Of a DNA stretch of 57,787 nucleotides, positions 19,179 to 29,213 are shown one piece after another (the stretch's first letter is position 1; each line of letters begins with the position of its first letter). This stretch comes from Candidatus Aminicenantes bacterium (GTDB lineage: Bacteria; Acidobacteriota; Aminicenantia; UBA2199). The translations under genes and the position numbers were made by a program. The stretch is taken from positions 1 to 57,787 of the forward strand of contig JAFGST010000027.1 of the NCBI GenBank assembly GCA_016934475.1, given 5' to 3'. The notes beneath the pieces are model-generated. The model saw nothing but the letters and a program-made list of their open reading frames with translations, was not told the DNA's origin and searched no databases.

Positions 19179-20635
19179 GATACCTGGACGAACTGCTCGG
19201 CAAGAACGAATCCCTGGCCTGGCGCGGGGAGCTGCATCGGTCCATCGGCGGCATTGCCTACGATTCGCGCCGGGTGAAGGAAGGGGACTGCTATGTCGCC
19301 ATCAAGGGCTTCCGCGATGATGGCTTCGCCTTCGTTTCCGAGGCGGTCGGCCGCGGCGCCGCGGCGGTCGTTTCCCTGCATCCGCCCCCCAAGGAGTATC
19401 CCCAGGTCACCTGGGTCCAGGTGAAAAACGACCGCCGGGCTCTGAGCGCGATGGCCAGCCGCTTCCACGGCGATCCCTCCCGCCGCCTGCAGGTGGTCGG
19501 AGTCACGGGAACCAACGGCAAAACGACCACCGTGGCGTTGATCCAGGCCCTGTTCGGCGGGGGAACACGGACCGCCGCCATCGGCACCCTGGGCATGGAT
19601 TTCGCCGGGCAGCACCGCGCGACGGCGCTGACCACTCCGGAGGCTCCCGAGTTGTTTGCTTTCATGGCCGGCGTCCTCGAGGGCGGGGGGGAAAACCTGG
19701 TCATGGAAGTCTCGTCGGCGGCGCTCAGCCTGCACCGGGTCGACGACATCGCCTTTACCCAGGCCGTGTTCACCTCGTTTTCCGGTGACCACATCGATTT
19801 CCACGGCAGCATGGAAAACTATTTCGAGGCCAAGCTGTCGCTTTTCAAGAAGCTCGGCAGCGAGCACTGGGCGATCGTCAACGGCGACGATCCGTGGGGA
19901 GCGCGCCTGATCCGTGAACTGGACTGCCGATATGTCACGTTCGGGTTTTCCCCCCAGGCCGACATTCGGCCCCTGAAGCATCAGTTCTCGCTCGAAGGCC
20001 TGCGGGCCGTGCTGCAGACCCCGCGCGGCAAGGTCGACGTCCAGAGCCGCCTGCTCGGCCGCTTCAACCTCATGAACATCATGGCGGCGGTGAGCGCTTC
20101 GCTGGTCAAGGGCATTGCCGCCGACCGCATCAGCGCCGCCCTGCAGGGATTCCAGCCGGTCAAGGGACGGGCCAGCGTCGCTTACGCCGGCGATTTCCAG
20201 GTGGTGGTGGACTATGCCCACACCGACGATGCCCTGCAGAATCTGTTGAAGTCCTTTCGCGAGATCGGCCGCGGCAGGCTCATCCTGGTCTTCGGGGCCG
20301 GTGGCTCGCGCGACAAGACGAAGCGCCCCCGCATGGCCCGGGTCGCCTGTCGTCATGCCGACTACGTGTTCGTGACCAGCGATAACCCGCGCCAGGAGGA
20401 CCCCCAGGCCATCATGGCCGAGATTGTGGCCGGTTTCGATCCTGGCTTCAGCGCCTACCGCACGGAGCCCGACCGCCGGGAAGCCATCATCGGCGCCCTG
20501 GACATGGCCGCGGCCGGCGATGTGGTCCTGATCGCCGGCAAGGGGCACGAGAACTATCAGATATTCAAGGATCGCACCGTTCCCTTCGACGATTTCGAGG
20601 TGGTGCGGGAAAAAATGGGGGGCGGGGATGCCTGA
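19175..20635 (+). CDS. murE: UDP-N-acetylmuramoyl-L-alanyl-D-glutamate--2,6-diaminopimelate ligase
   Basis: 486-aa ORF with GVTGTNGKTTT, the DNPR motif (VTSDNPRQEDP) and an ATGA overlap with ftsI. Confidence 0.9.
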   Translation: MRYLDELLGKNESLAWRGELHRSIGGIAYDSRRVKEGDCYVAIKGFRDDGFAFVSEAVGRGAAAVVSLHPPPKEYPQVTWVQVKNDRRALSAMASRFHGDPSRRLQVVGVTGTNGKTTTVALIQALFGGGTRTAAIGTLGMDFAGQHRATALTTPEAPELFAFMAGVLEGGGENLVMEVSSAALSLHRVDDIAFTQAVFTSFSGDHIDFHGSMENYFEAKLSLFKKLGSEHWAIVNGDDPWGARLIRELDCRYVTFGFSPQADIRPLKHQFSLEGLRAVLQTPRGKVDVQSRLLGRFNLMNIMAAVSASLVKGIAADRISAALQGFQPVKGRASVAYAGDFQVVVDYAHTDDALQNLLKSFREIGRGRLILVFGAGGSRDKTKRPRMARVACRHADYVFVTSDNPRQEDPQAIMAEIVAGFDPGFSAYRTEPDRREAIIGALDMAAAGDVVLIAGKGHENYQIFKDRTVPFDDFEVVREKMGGGDA

Positions 20636-22019
20636 ATTGGGGATGGCCGAGATCGCCGCCGTGGTCAACGGCAGCGTGGAGCGCTCCTTCCTTGGGCTCT
20701 CCTTCGCCGAATTTCACTTCGACACGCGCTTGATGAAGCCGCAGTCTCTGTTTTTCGCCCTGCGTTCCCCGGCAGGGGACGGCCATGACCACGTCCGGGA
20801 GCTGGCCGCCGTCCCCGGGGCGGCGGCCGTGGTGCGCAGGGACTTCGCCGCCTCCGGCGTGAAGCTGCCGCTGCTGCGCGTGTCGGACCCGCTGCGGGCC
20901 GTCCAGGACCTGGCGGTCCACGTGCGGCGAAAATTTCCCGCCATCCACTACGTCGGCATCACCGGGAGCGCCGGCAAGACCACGACCAAGGAATTCGCGC
21001 ATCAGATCCTCTCGAGCCGGCAGCGCAGCTTTCGCTCGCCTCGGAACTGGAACAACTGGATCGGCCTGCCCTTTTCGCTGCTGCGCATGAGCGGCCGTGA
21101 GCGATCGGCCGTTTTCGAGCTGGCCATGAGCGACCCGGGCATCGGCGAGATCGATCGCCTGGCCGAGATCCTCCAACCCGATGTCGCCGTCCTGCTCAAC
21201 GTGTTCCCCGTGCACCTGGAATTCCTCGGATCGTTGGCCAATGCCGCCCGGGCCAAGGGTGAGATCCTCCATCATCTGCGGGCCGACGGCTGCGCCTTCG
21301 TCAACGGCGACCTGCCCCTCTTGCGCCGGGTGATTCCCCGCCGCAAGGGAAGGGTGATTTTCTTCGGCCGCCGGCCGGGGATCAACCAGGTGGTGCTGAA
21401 AAGGGTGGTCCGCGAAGGGGACACCAGCCGTCTGGGCATCGATTTCTTCGGCATCGAGGAGGAATTCCGGGCCCCGCTGGCCAGCCACAGCCATGTCGAG
21501 AACCTCTTCGCCGCCATCCTGGTGGCCCAGCACCTGGGGATGAAGCACTTCGAGATCCAGGAGGCCGTCTCCCGCCTGCGGACGCTGCCCGGCCGCGGGC
21601 GGGTCCGCCGCCGGGGCATGTTCACCATCATCGATGAAAGCTACAACTCCAATCCCGAGGCCCTGAAGCGGACACTGGAATGGGTGGATCGCGATTTCCG
21701 CTTCCGCAAAGCAGCCGTCCTCGGGGACATGCTGGAACTCGGCAAGAGCGAGCTTCGCTATCACCGCGAGGTGGGCCGCTTCTTTGCCGGGCTGCATTTC
21801 GATCTGCTTTTGACCGTCGGCCGCCGGGCCGAGGCCATCGCCGCGGCGGCCAGGAAGGCCGGCTTTCCGGCGCGGCGCATCCGCTGTTTCGCCGCCCCCG
21901 GCGAGGCCGGCGCCCATCTGCGTCGGGAGCTGGACCCCTCCAGGGAGACCGCGATCCTCTTCAAGGGCTCGCGGGGCATGTCCATGGAAAAGGCCATCGC
22001 GGGGTTTCGCCATGGATAA
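20628..22019 (+). CDS. murF: UDP-N-acetylmuramoyl-tripeptide--D-alanyl-D-alanine ligase
   Basis: 463-aa ORF with GITGSAGKTTTKE, IDESYNSNPEAL and KGSRGM. It overlaps murE by 8 nt. Confidence 0.9.
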   Translation: MPELGMAEIAAVVNGSVERSFLGLSFAEFHFDTRLMKPQSLFFALRSPAGDGHDHVRELAAVPGAAAVVRRDFAASGVKLPLLRVSDPLRAVQDLAVHVRRKFPAIHYVGITGSAGKTTTKEFAHQILSSRQRSFRSPRNWNNWIGLPFSLLRMSGRERSAVFELAMSDPGIGEIDRLAEILQPDVAVLLNVFPVHLEFLGSLANAARAKGEILHHLRADGCAFVNGDLPLLRRVIPRRKGRVIFFGRRPGINQVVLKRVVREGDTSRLGIDFFGIEEEFRAPLASHSHVENLFAAILVAQHLGMKHFEIQEAVSRLRTLPGRGRVRRRGMFTIIDESYNSNPEALKRTLEWVDRDFRFRKAAVLGDMLELGKSELRYHREVGRFFAGLHFDLLLTVGRRAEAIAAAARKAGFPARRIRCFAAPGEAGAHLRRELDPSRETAILFKGSRGMSMEKAIAGFRHG

Positions 22020-23379
22020 GCGGACGGTTGCCGTTCTGGGATTCGGGATCACGGGGCGGGCGGTGCTGGAATACCTCCTGGCCAAGGAGCCGCGGGTGCC
22101 GCTGGTTCTGTTCAACGACGAGCCCGTCGCCGACGAGGATGAGCAGCGCTCGTTTGAACGGCGCGGCGTGCGCTTCCTGACCGGGAGGAGGCGCTTCCCG
22201 GAGCTCGCCGCCTGCGGCAGCGTCATCATGAGCCCCGGCTTCGACGGCAGCGAATCCCGCTTCGCGGAGTTGCGTCGAGCCGGCATCGAGGTGATCTCCG
22301 AGATCGAATTCGCTTTCCGCCAGGTGACGGCGCGCTTCATCGCCGTCAGCGGCAGCAACGGCAAGTCGACGACCGTCAGCCTGATCCATCACCTGCTGTG
22401 CGCCGCCGGCCGCCGCAGCCACCTGGCCGGAAACATCGGTGCGCCGCTGGTCTCCGCTCTCGGCGCCATTGAGGCCGATTCCCTGGTGGTGCTGGAGCTG
22501 TCCAGCTTCCAGCTCGAGGAGATCGTCCATTTCCGGCCCGAGGTGGCCGTTCTGCTCAACATCACTCCCGACCACCTCGACCGCTATCCCTCGCTGGATG
22601 CCTACCGCGCCGCCAAGTTCAACCTGTTCAAGAACCAAGGTCCGCAGGATCGAATGGTGTTGAACGCCGACGACCCGCAGCTGCGCGACCTCGGCACGCT
22701 GGGGCGGGGCCAGGCGCTCTGGTTCTCCTCCACCCGGGCCCAGGAGCGCGGGGTCCATATCGAGAACGGCGACCTGGTCCTGAAACTGGAGGACGCCGGG
22801 GAACGGATCTCGCTTCGGCGCAATCCGCTGCGCGGCATCCACAACCTGGAGAACATCATGGCCGCCGCCCTGGCCTGCCGCACCGTGGGGCTTCCACCCG
22901 GCGAGATCGGGGAGGGCTTGGCCACGTTCCGGGGATTGCCCCACCGCATGGAAGAGGCGGGGCGCGTGGGGCGCGTCGAGTTCATCAACGACTCCAAGGC
23001 CACCAACGTCGACGCGGCGCTCAAGTCCATCGCCAGTTTCGACGGGAACCTGGTCGTCATCCTGGGCGGCAAGAACAAGGGCGGCGACGTCTCCCCCCTC
23101 CTGGAGCCGCTGCGACGGGCGCGCCGCGTCCTGCTCATGGGTCAGGCCACCCCCCTGCTGTCCGATCGCCTGGCGGACCTGGGCGACCGGCTGCTCGAGG
23201 TCCGCGATCTGGAGGACGCGGTGACACGTGCCTATGAGGACCTCAGGGAGGTCGGTGGCGTGGTGCTGTTGGCCCCGGCCTGCGCCAGCTTCGACATGTT
23301 CCGGAACTTCGAGCACCGCGGAGAGGTCTTCAAGCGCGAGGTCGGCCGCCTGCGCCGAAGGGAAGAAAGACATGGTTAA
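22012..23379 (+). CDS. murD: UDP-N-acetylmuramoylalanine--D-glutamate ligase
   Basis: 455-aa ORF with VLGFGITGRA, SPGF, VSGSNGKSTT, NDSKATN and SFDMF. It overlaps murF by 8 nt, so there is no room for mraY. Confidence 0.9.
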   Translation: MDKRTVAVLGFGITGRAVLEYLLAKEPRVPLVLFNDEPVADEDEQRSFERRGVRFLTGRRRFPELAACGSVIMSPGFDGSESRFAELRRAGIEVISEIEFAFRQVTARFIAVSGSNGKSTTVSLIHHLLCAAGRRSHLAGNIGAPLVSALGAIEADSLVVLELSSFQLEEIVHFRPEVAVLLNITPDHLDRYPSLDAYRAAKFNLFKNQGPQDRMVLNADDPQLRDLGTLGRGQALWFSSTRAQERGVHIENGDLVLKLEDAGERISLRRNPLRGIHNLENIMAAALACRTVGLPPGEIGEGLATFRGLPHRMEEAGRVGRVEFINDSKATNVDAALKSIASFDGNLVVILGGKNKGGDVSPLLEPLRRARRVLLMGQATPLLSDRLADLGDRLLEVRDLEDAVTRAYEDLREVGGVVLLAPACASFDMFRNFEHRGEVFKREVGRLRRREERHG

Positions 23380-24478
23380 GCCCAGCGGCATCGATCGCAC
23401 GCTGCTCACCGCGGCCCTGTTGCTGATCGCCATCGGTTTCCTGATGATCTTCAGCACGACGCCGGTCATCGCCCGGGAAAAGTTCGGCGACAGCTTCCAT
23501 TTCTTCAACCGCCAGCTGCTGTTCCTGGCGCTGGGACTCGTGGTCTTCGTGACGCTGATCCTGTTCCGCTCGCCGTTCTACCTGAACCAGCGGCTGGTCC
23601 TGGCCGCCTTGGCCCTGGCCTTCATCGGCCTGTCGCTGGTCTTCTTTTTCCAGAAGGTCAACAACACCAGCCGCTGGATCCGTTTCGGCGGCCTGTCGCT
23701 CCAGCCCTCGGAGTTCGCCAAGATCGCGCTGGTGCTCTACCTGGCCATGATGCTGAGCCGCCGGGACAGCGAAATCAACAACGCCAAGAACCTGGGGGTG
23801 ATCCTGCTGCCGGTGGCCTTCATGGAGGGCTTGATCCTCAAGGAGCCCGACTTCGGCAATTTCGTGCTCGTCGGCGTCATTACGATGGTGATGCTCTTCC
23901 TGGCCGGCTTGCGCCTGCGGTACTTTGCCGGATTCTTCCTGGTGATGCTGCCGCTTCTCGTTCTCCTGGTCCATGTCGATCCCATGCGCCGCGAGCGCAT
24001 CCGCAGTTTCCTGAATCCGGAGAACTATGCCGTGACTCAGGGATTCCAGGCCACCCAGTCGACGTACGCCGTGGGCGCGGGAGGCCTGCTCGGCCGGGGC
24101 ATCGGCAATTCCACCCAGAAGCTGTTCTACCTGCCCTATGCCTACTCGGATTTCATCTTCGCCATCATCGCCGAGGAAATGGGATTCATCGGCGCGCTGG
24201 CGGTCATTGCCCTGTTCGTGCTGTACTACCTGCGGGGGATGGTCATCGCCAGGCAATCGGACAATCCCCACACCTACCTGCTGGTGAGCGGTCTGGTTTT
24301 CCTGATCGTGTTCCAGTCCCTGCTGAACGTATCGGTGGCCGTCGGCTTGTTCCCCACCAAGGGCATCCCCCTGCCGTTCATTTCCTCGGGCGGGACCTCG
24401 CTGCTCAGCAGCCTGGTCTGCACCGGCATCGTTCTCAACGTGTCTCGCCAGCGCAAGGTGGTATTCACCGATGATTGA
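23372..24478 (+). CDS. ftsW: Peptidoglycan glycosyltransferase / lipid II flippase-family protein FtsW (SEDS)
   Basis: The track ORF starts at 23228 inside murD. The ATG at 23372 (MVKPSGIDRTLL) overlaps the murD stop. It is polytopic, with SLQPSEFAKI, YLPYAYSDFIFA and PLPFISSGGTS. Confidence 0.9.
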   Translation: MVKPSGIDRTLLTAALLLIAIGFLMIFSTTPVIAREKFGDSFHFFNRQLLFLALGLVVFVTLILFRSPFYLNQRLVLAALALAFIGLSLVFFFQKVNNTSRWIRFGGLSLQPSEFAKIALVLYLAMMLSRRDSEINNAKNLGVILLPVAFMEGLILKEPDFGNFVLVGVITMVMLFLAGLRLRYFAGFFLVMLPLLVLLVHVDPMRRERIRSFLNPENYAVTQGFQATQSTYAVGAGGLLGRGIGNSTQKLFYLPYAYSDFIFAIIAEEMGFIGALAVIALFVLYYLRGMVIARQSDNPHTYLLVSGLVFLIVFQSLLNVSVAVGLFPTKGIPLPFISSGGTSLLSSLVCTGIVLNVSRQRKVVFTDD

Positions 24479-25853
24479 GAGCAGCCGCATCCGCAAGGTC
24501 CATTTCACCGGCATCGGCGGCGCCGGCATGTCCGGGATCGCCGAGGTGCTGCACAACATGGGCTTCCAGGTCAGCGGCTCGGACATCGCCGAGAACGAAC
24601 CCGTGCGCCGCCTGCGCGCCCTGGGCATGCGCATCGCCATCGGCCACGCGCGGGACAACATGGGCGACGCCGAGGCCCTGGTCTACTCCAGCGCCATCAC
24701 CGAGGACAACGTCGAGGTCCTCGAGGCGCTGCGCAACAAGCTGCCGGTCATCCCCCGGGCGGAGATGCTGGCCGAGCTCATGCGCATGAAGTTCTCCCTG
24801 GCCGTGGCCGGGACGCACGGCAAGACCACCACCACATCCATGATCGCCTCCATCCTGACCCACGCCGGCCTCGATCCCACCTACGTGGTCGGCGGCCGGC
24901 TCAAGGTCGAGGGCAGCGGCGCCCGCCTGGGGGCCTCGCGCTACCTGGTCGCCGAGGCCGACGAGTCGGACGGGAGTTTCCTGAAGCTGTTTCCCACCAT
25001 CGCCGTGATGACCAACATCGAGAACGATCACCTGGAATTCTACGGCCGGATGAAAAACCTCATCCAGGCCTTTCGCCAGTTCGCCGACAAGGTGCCGTTC
25101 TACGGCTCGGTGATCCTGAACGGCGACAGCTCCCGGATGCGCGGGATCGCCCCCCTGATCCGAAAGAGGATCGTCACCTTCGGGTTCCGTCCCGACGTCG
25201 ACCTGCGGGCGGTGCGCTTCCGGACCGCGGGCCTGGACGCGTCCTTCAACCTGGTCGAGCGGGGGCGCGACCTGGGCCGAGTACGGCTGCAGGTCGGCGG
25301 CCGGCACAACGCGGCCAATGCCCTGGCGGCCATCGCGGCGGCCATGGAAGTGGGCGTCGGCCTGGAGGCGATCGTCTCCTCCCTGGAGCGCTTTTCCCTG
25401 CCCGAGAGGCGCTGCCAGGTCCTCTATTCCACTCCCGGGCTTCTGCTCGTCGACGACTACGCCCACCATCCGGGCGAGATCCAGGCCACCCTGAAGACGC
25501 TGCGCCGACTGCATCGCCGCCTGGTCGTCGTCTTCCAGCCGCACCGCTTCACCCGCCTGCAGCTCTTGATGGAGCGCTTCGCCGCGGCCTTGAGCGGCGC
25601 CGACCTGGCGCTGATCGCCCCTGTGTATTCGGCCAACCAGGCGGAGATCGCCGGCGTGGACGGCCGCATCCTGGCCGCCCGCATGCGGGAGCGGGGCCGG
25701 GGAAACGCCGTTTACATGGAAAGCTTCGAGCGCATCGGCGACTTCCTGAAGGGAGAGCTGCGGCAGGGCGATGTCTTGGCGTTCCTTTCGGCCGGCAACC
25801 TCACCCGCCTGGCACACGAGTTCGCCGCGGAAATGGAGGCCTTGAGAAAATGA
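24471..25853 (+). CDS. murC: UDP-N-acetylmuramate--L-alanine ligase
   Basis: 460-aa ORF with HFTGIGGAGMSGIAEVL, VAGTHGKTTTTSM, DDYAHHP and FQPHR. It overlaps ftsW by 8 nt, so there is no room for murG. Confidence 0.9.
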   Translation: MIESSRIRKVHFTGIGGAGMSGIAEVLHNMGFQVSGSDIAENEPVRRLRALGMRIAIGHARDNMGDAEALVYSSAITEDNVEVLEALRNKLPVIPRAEMLAELMRMKFSLAVAGTHGKTTTTSMIASILTHAGLDPTYVVGGRLKVEGSGARLGASRYLVAEADESDGSFLKLFPTIAVMTNIENDHLEFYGRMKNLIQAFRQFADKVPFYGSVILNGDSSRMRGIAPLIRKRIVTFGFRPDVDLRAVRFRTAGLDASFNLVERGRDLGRVRLQVGGRHNAANALAAIAAAMEVGVGLEAIVSSLERFSLPERRCQVLYSTPGLLLVDDYAHHPGEIQATLKTLRRLHRRLVVVFQPHRFTRLQLLMERFAAALSGADLALIAPVYSANQAEIAGVDGRILAARMRERGRGNAVYMESFERIGDFLKGELRQGDVLAFLSAGNLTRLAHEFAAEMEALRK

Positions 25854-26650
25854 GGAGCGGCATGGGCGGTTCACTCAAGTTCGAGGCCGATTTCTTCCGC
25901 AGGAACAACAACCTAACGGTGACCCGCGAAAAGAGGATCCGCTCCATCCAGGTGCGGACGATCCATCTGCTCCTGCTCCTGGCCCTGGTCCTGCTGACCG
26001 GCCTGGTGCTTTCCAGAGCGGCGGACTTCCTGTTCACGTGGGACGCCCTGCAGGTCCGAACCTATCGTTTCCGTCAGCAGCCGGTATTCGCCAGCGATGC
26101 GGTCGCCGGCATCCTGCGGCGCTTCGGGGGCAACATCCTGGCCCTGGATCTGGGGGAGATGCGCCGGCAACTCCTGCAGGTCCCGGAGATCGCCGCCGTG
26201 TTCATCCGCCGCGTTCTTCCCGACACGGTGGAGATCGATTTCAGTCTGCGCCGTCCCTTCTATCAGTATCAGCGGGACGGGGTCTACCATCTGCTGGACG
26301 CCGAGGGCCTGCTTCTCGGGCAACGGGCGCAAGCGACGGCCGACCTGGTCCCCGTGAACGCCATGGGCGCGGACCTGGAGGCCATCGTCCCGTATTCAGG
26401 GGAGCTGCGGCCGCTGCGGGGCCGGATCGAGCATGTGGCCTACGGCGAGCCCCATGGCGTCGAGGTGAAGCTGCGCGGCGCGCCGGAGATCTTCTACCCC
26501 GGGGAGAGCGACTTCGTCGGCAAGATCAATCTCTATTTCCGTATCCGGAACCGGCTGCCGCTGGACGTCTCCAGCATCCGGCGCGTCGACCTGCGCATTC
26601 CCGGACGGATCTATCTCGAATTCAAGGATGTACAACGGGGGGGCTCATGA
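25850..26650 (+). CDS. ftsQ: Cell division protein FtsQ (TM + POTRA)
   Basis: 266-aa ORF in the canonical position with an ATGA overlap to murC. It has a TM (IHLLLLLALVLLTGLVL) and a POTRA-like region. Confidence 0.75.
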   Translation: MRSGMGGSLKFEADFFRRNNNLTVTREKRIRSIQVRTIHLLLLLALVLLTGLVLSRAADFLFTWDALQVRTYRFRQQPVFASDAVAGILRRFGGNILALDLGEMRRQLLQVPEIAAVFIRRVLPDTVEIDFSLRRPFYQYQRDGVYHLLDAEGLLLGQRAQATADLVPVNAMGADLEAIVPYSGELRPLRGRIEHVAYGEPHGVEVKLRGAPEIFYPGESDFVGKINLYFRIRNRLPLDVSSIRRVDLRIPGRIYLEFKDVQRGGS

Positions 26651-27867
26651 AAAGCAACTACCTGGTCGGCATCGACATCGGCACCAAGAAGATCTGCACC
26701 TTGATCGCCCAGATCAAGTCGGAAGGGGACAAGGAGGACGTGGAGATCATCGGCTACGGCGTGGCCGACTCCAAGGGGCTGCGCAAGGGGACCATCGTCA
26801 ACATGGAGGGCACGGTCGAGGACATCAAGAGATCGATCAAGGACGCGGAGCTGACGGCCGGGGTGATGATCGAGTCGGCCTATGTCAACATCTCCGGCAA
26901 GCACGTGCAGAGCATCAACGCCAAGGGCAGCATCAACATCACGGGCCGCAGCAAGGAAATCAGCCGCGAGGATCTGGAGCGGGCCATCACCCATGCCAGC
27001 GCCATCATGTTGCCCGCCGACCGCACGGTGCTCCACGTGCTGCCCCAGGAGTACATCGTCGATTCCCACGACGGCATCAAGAACCCGGTCGGCATGATCG
27101 GCACCAACCTGGACGTCTACATCCACATCATCACCGGCTCCCTGACCGCCACCAAGAACCTCCTGCTGTGCCTGAAAAAAGCCAAAATCAACGTTTTGGG
27201 CACGGTGCTGTCGCACATCGCCTCCGCCGAGGCGGTGCTGACCCCGGACGAGAAGGAGCTGGGGGTCCTCTCCATCGACATCGGCGGCGGCACCACCGAT
27301 ATCGCCGTCTTCGAAAAGGGTTCCATCAGCTACTCGGGGACCATCCCCCTCGGCGGCGACAATTTCACCACCGACCTTTCGATCGGCATCCGCACGGCCA
27401 TCGACCGCGCCGAGAAGATCAAGCGCCGCTACGGCTGCGCCATGGACCCGAACCTCAAGGACGAGACCATCGAAGTCCCCTCGATCAGCGGCAAGAAGCC
27501 GCGGCAGATATCGACCTCCATCCTGATGAACATCCTCAAGCCGCGGGCCTACGAGATCTTCGAGATGGTCAAGATGGAGATCGAAAAAGAGGGCCTGCAG
27601 AATTCGATCAACGCCGGGGTGGTGATCAGCGGCGGCACGGCGCTGCTCGACGGCATCCTGGACGTGGCCGACAGCATCTTCTCCATCCCCGTGCGCATCG
27701 GCTATCCCTACGACGTCGGCGGGCTGATCGACAAGGTCAACACGCCCGATTTCGCCACCGCCGTGGGGCTGATCAAATACGGTTTCGCCGACATGAAGGA
27801 CAAGGGCATCATTCGCAATCGACCGAAGAACGTCGTGCAAAAATTCAAGGATTATTTCGGGATCTAG
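26647..27867 (+). CDS. ftsA: Cell division protein FtsA
   Basis: The track ORF (26038-27867) has a spurious N-terminal extension. The ATG at 26647 (MKSNYLVGIDIGTKKICTLIAQ) overlaps the ftsQ stop (ATGA). Actin-fold motifs are DIGGGTTDIAVF and ISGGTALLDG. Confidence 0.9.
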   Translation: MKSNYLVGIDIGTKKICTLIAQIKSEGDKEDVEIIGYGVADSKGLRKGTIVNMEGTVEDIKRSIKDAELTAGVMIESAYVNISGKHVQSINAKGSINITGRSKEISREDLERAITHASAIMLPADRTVLHVLPQEYIVDSHDGIKNPVGMIGTNLDVYIHIITGSLTATKNLLLCLKKAKINVLGTVLSHIASAEAVLTPDEKELGVLSIDIGGGTTDIAVFEKGSISYSGTIPLGGDNFTTDLSIGIRTAIDRAEKIKRRYGCAMDPNLKDETIEVPSISGKKPRQISTSILMNILKPRAYEIFEMVKMEIEKEGLQNSINAGVVISGGTALLDGILDVADSIFSIPVRIGYPYDVGGLIDKVNTPDFATAVGLIKYGFADMKDKGIIRNRPKNVVQKFKDYFGI

Positions 27868-27876
27868 GAGGAAACC

Positions 27877-29094
27877 ATGGACGATGACATCAAGATCACG
27901 TTCGGCCGCGAAAAGAAGCGCGGTGCGGTGCTGAAGGTCATCGGCGTCGGTGGGGCCGGCGGCAACGCGATCAACCGCATGATCGATGAGGACTTGAAGG
28001 GCGTGGAGTTCGTGGCCGTAAACACCGACCTGCAGGTGCTGTCCACGATCCAGCCTCCGGCCCAGAAGTTGCAGATCGGCGACAAGATCACTCGGGGGCT
28101 GGGCGCGGGATCGAATCCCGACATCGGCGAACAGGCGGCGCTGGACGACACCGGGCAGATCATCGAGGTCCTGGAGGGCGCGCACATGGCCTTCATCACC
28201 GCCGGCATGGGCGGCGGCACCGGCACCGGCGCCTCGCATGTCATCGCCAATCACGCATCCACGATGGGCATCCTGACCGTGGCCGTGGTCAGCAAGCCGT
28301 TCCGCTTCGAGAAAGAGAAGCGGATGCGCGTGGCCGAGGAGGGGATCCGCAAGCTGAAGGAGAACGTCGACGCCATCATCGTCATCCCCAACCAGAAGCT
28401 GCTCGAGCTCGGCGATGCCACCATCACATACAAGAACGCCTACAAGAAGGCCGACGAAGTCCTGTTGCAGGCCGTGCGCGGCATTTCCGACATCGTTTCC
28501 TCGACCGGCGTCCAGAACGTCGACTTTGCCGACGTCAAGGCCACCATGGTCGGCCGGGGCGTCACCCTGATGGGCACGGGCGAGGCCAAGGGCGAGAACC
28601 GGGCCGAGGAGGCCACGATGCGGGCGCTGAACTCGCCGCTCCTGGACAACCTGTCGATCCACGGCGCCACCGGCATCCTTTACAACATCACCGCCTCGAG
28701 CGGACTCACCATGGGCGAGATCGAGAAGATTTCGGAGCTGATCACCCAGAACGCCGATGCCGAGGCCACCATCAAGTTCGGCGTGATCGAGGACGAGAAC
28801 GCCGGCGACATCCTGCGGGTGACCGTCATCGCCACCGGCTTCAAGGAGGGGCGCGCCGAGGCCCCGGTGCGGGCCAAGACCCCACCGGCCGCCTACAGCC
28901 CCATCGAGCCGGCCTACCGTCAGCCGACTCCGCCGGGACAGCTGTTCCTGGGGGCGAACCGCTCCGGGGGCGCGGACCTGCGCAACTATGTCAACGACGG
29001 CAGCATGCCCAACATGACCCACGGCGTGGAGAGCTTCGATGACCCGCTGGACGTGCCGACGTTCCAGCGCCTGAATCCCATCCGCAAGAAATAG
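27877..29094 (+). CDS. ftsZ: Cell division GTPase FtsZ
   Basis: 405-aa ORF with aggagg SD. Motifs are GVGGAGGNA, NTD and GMGGGTGTGA, with a C-terminal peptide DDPLDVPTFQR. Confidence 0.95.
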   Translation: MDDDIKITFGREKKRGAVLKVIGVGGAGGNAINRMIDEDLKGVEFVAVNTDLQVLSTIQPPAQKLQIGDKITRGLGAGSNPDIGEQAALDDTGQIIEVLEGAHMAFITAGMGGGTGTGASHVIANHASTMGILTVAVVSKPFRFEKEKRMRVAEEGIRKLKENVDAIIVIPNQKLLELGDATITYKNAYKKADEVLLQAVRGISDIVSSTGVQNVDFADVKATMVGRGVTLMGTGEAKGENRAEEATMRALNSPLLDNLSIHGATGILYNITASSGLTMGEIEKISELITQNADAEATIKFGVIEDENAGDILRVTVIATGFKEGRAEAPVRAKTPPAAYSPIEPAYRQPTPPGQLFLGANRSGGADLRNYVNDGSMPNMTHGVESFDDPLDVPTFQRLNPIRKK

Positions 29095-29213
29095 CGGGGC
29101 GGGGAGGCTGTCCGGGCGCCGGCGGCGGCAGGAACGCCCGGGTTTGAATTCGCCTCGCTTTTCCCTTACAATAGCGGCATGTCTTCCTTTCGAATCGCCG
29201 TGGCCGGGGCGCG

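Noticed and set aside
26038-26646. Long N-terminal extensions of real genes as listed in the track: ftsA from 26038, capA-like from 46969, ATP-grasp from 43649, UPRT-like from 42723, GT from 45741, pcnB from 31164, Memo from 30382, ftsW from 23228, tupA from 40273, the ABC-2 permease to 56827 and the small TM protein to 50737.
   Set aside because: The extensions overlap the preceding gene in another frame and are Arg/Pro/Gly-rich. Internal ATGs sit exactly at stop-start overlaps (ATGA/TGATG) or behind good SD sequences. Those ATGs give N-termini that match the families.
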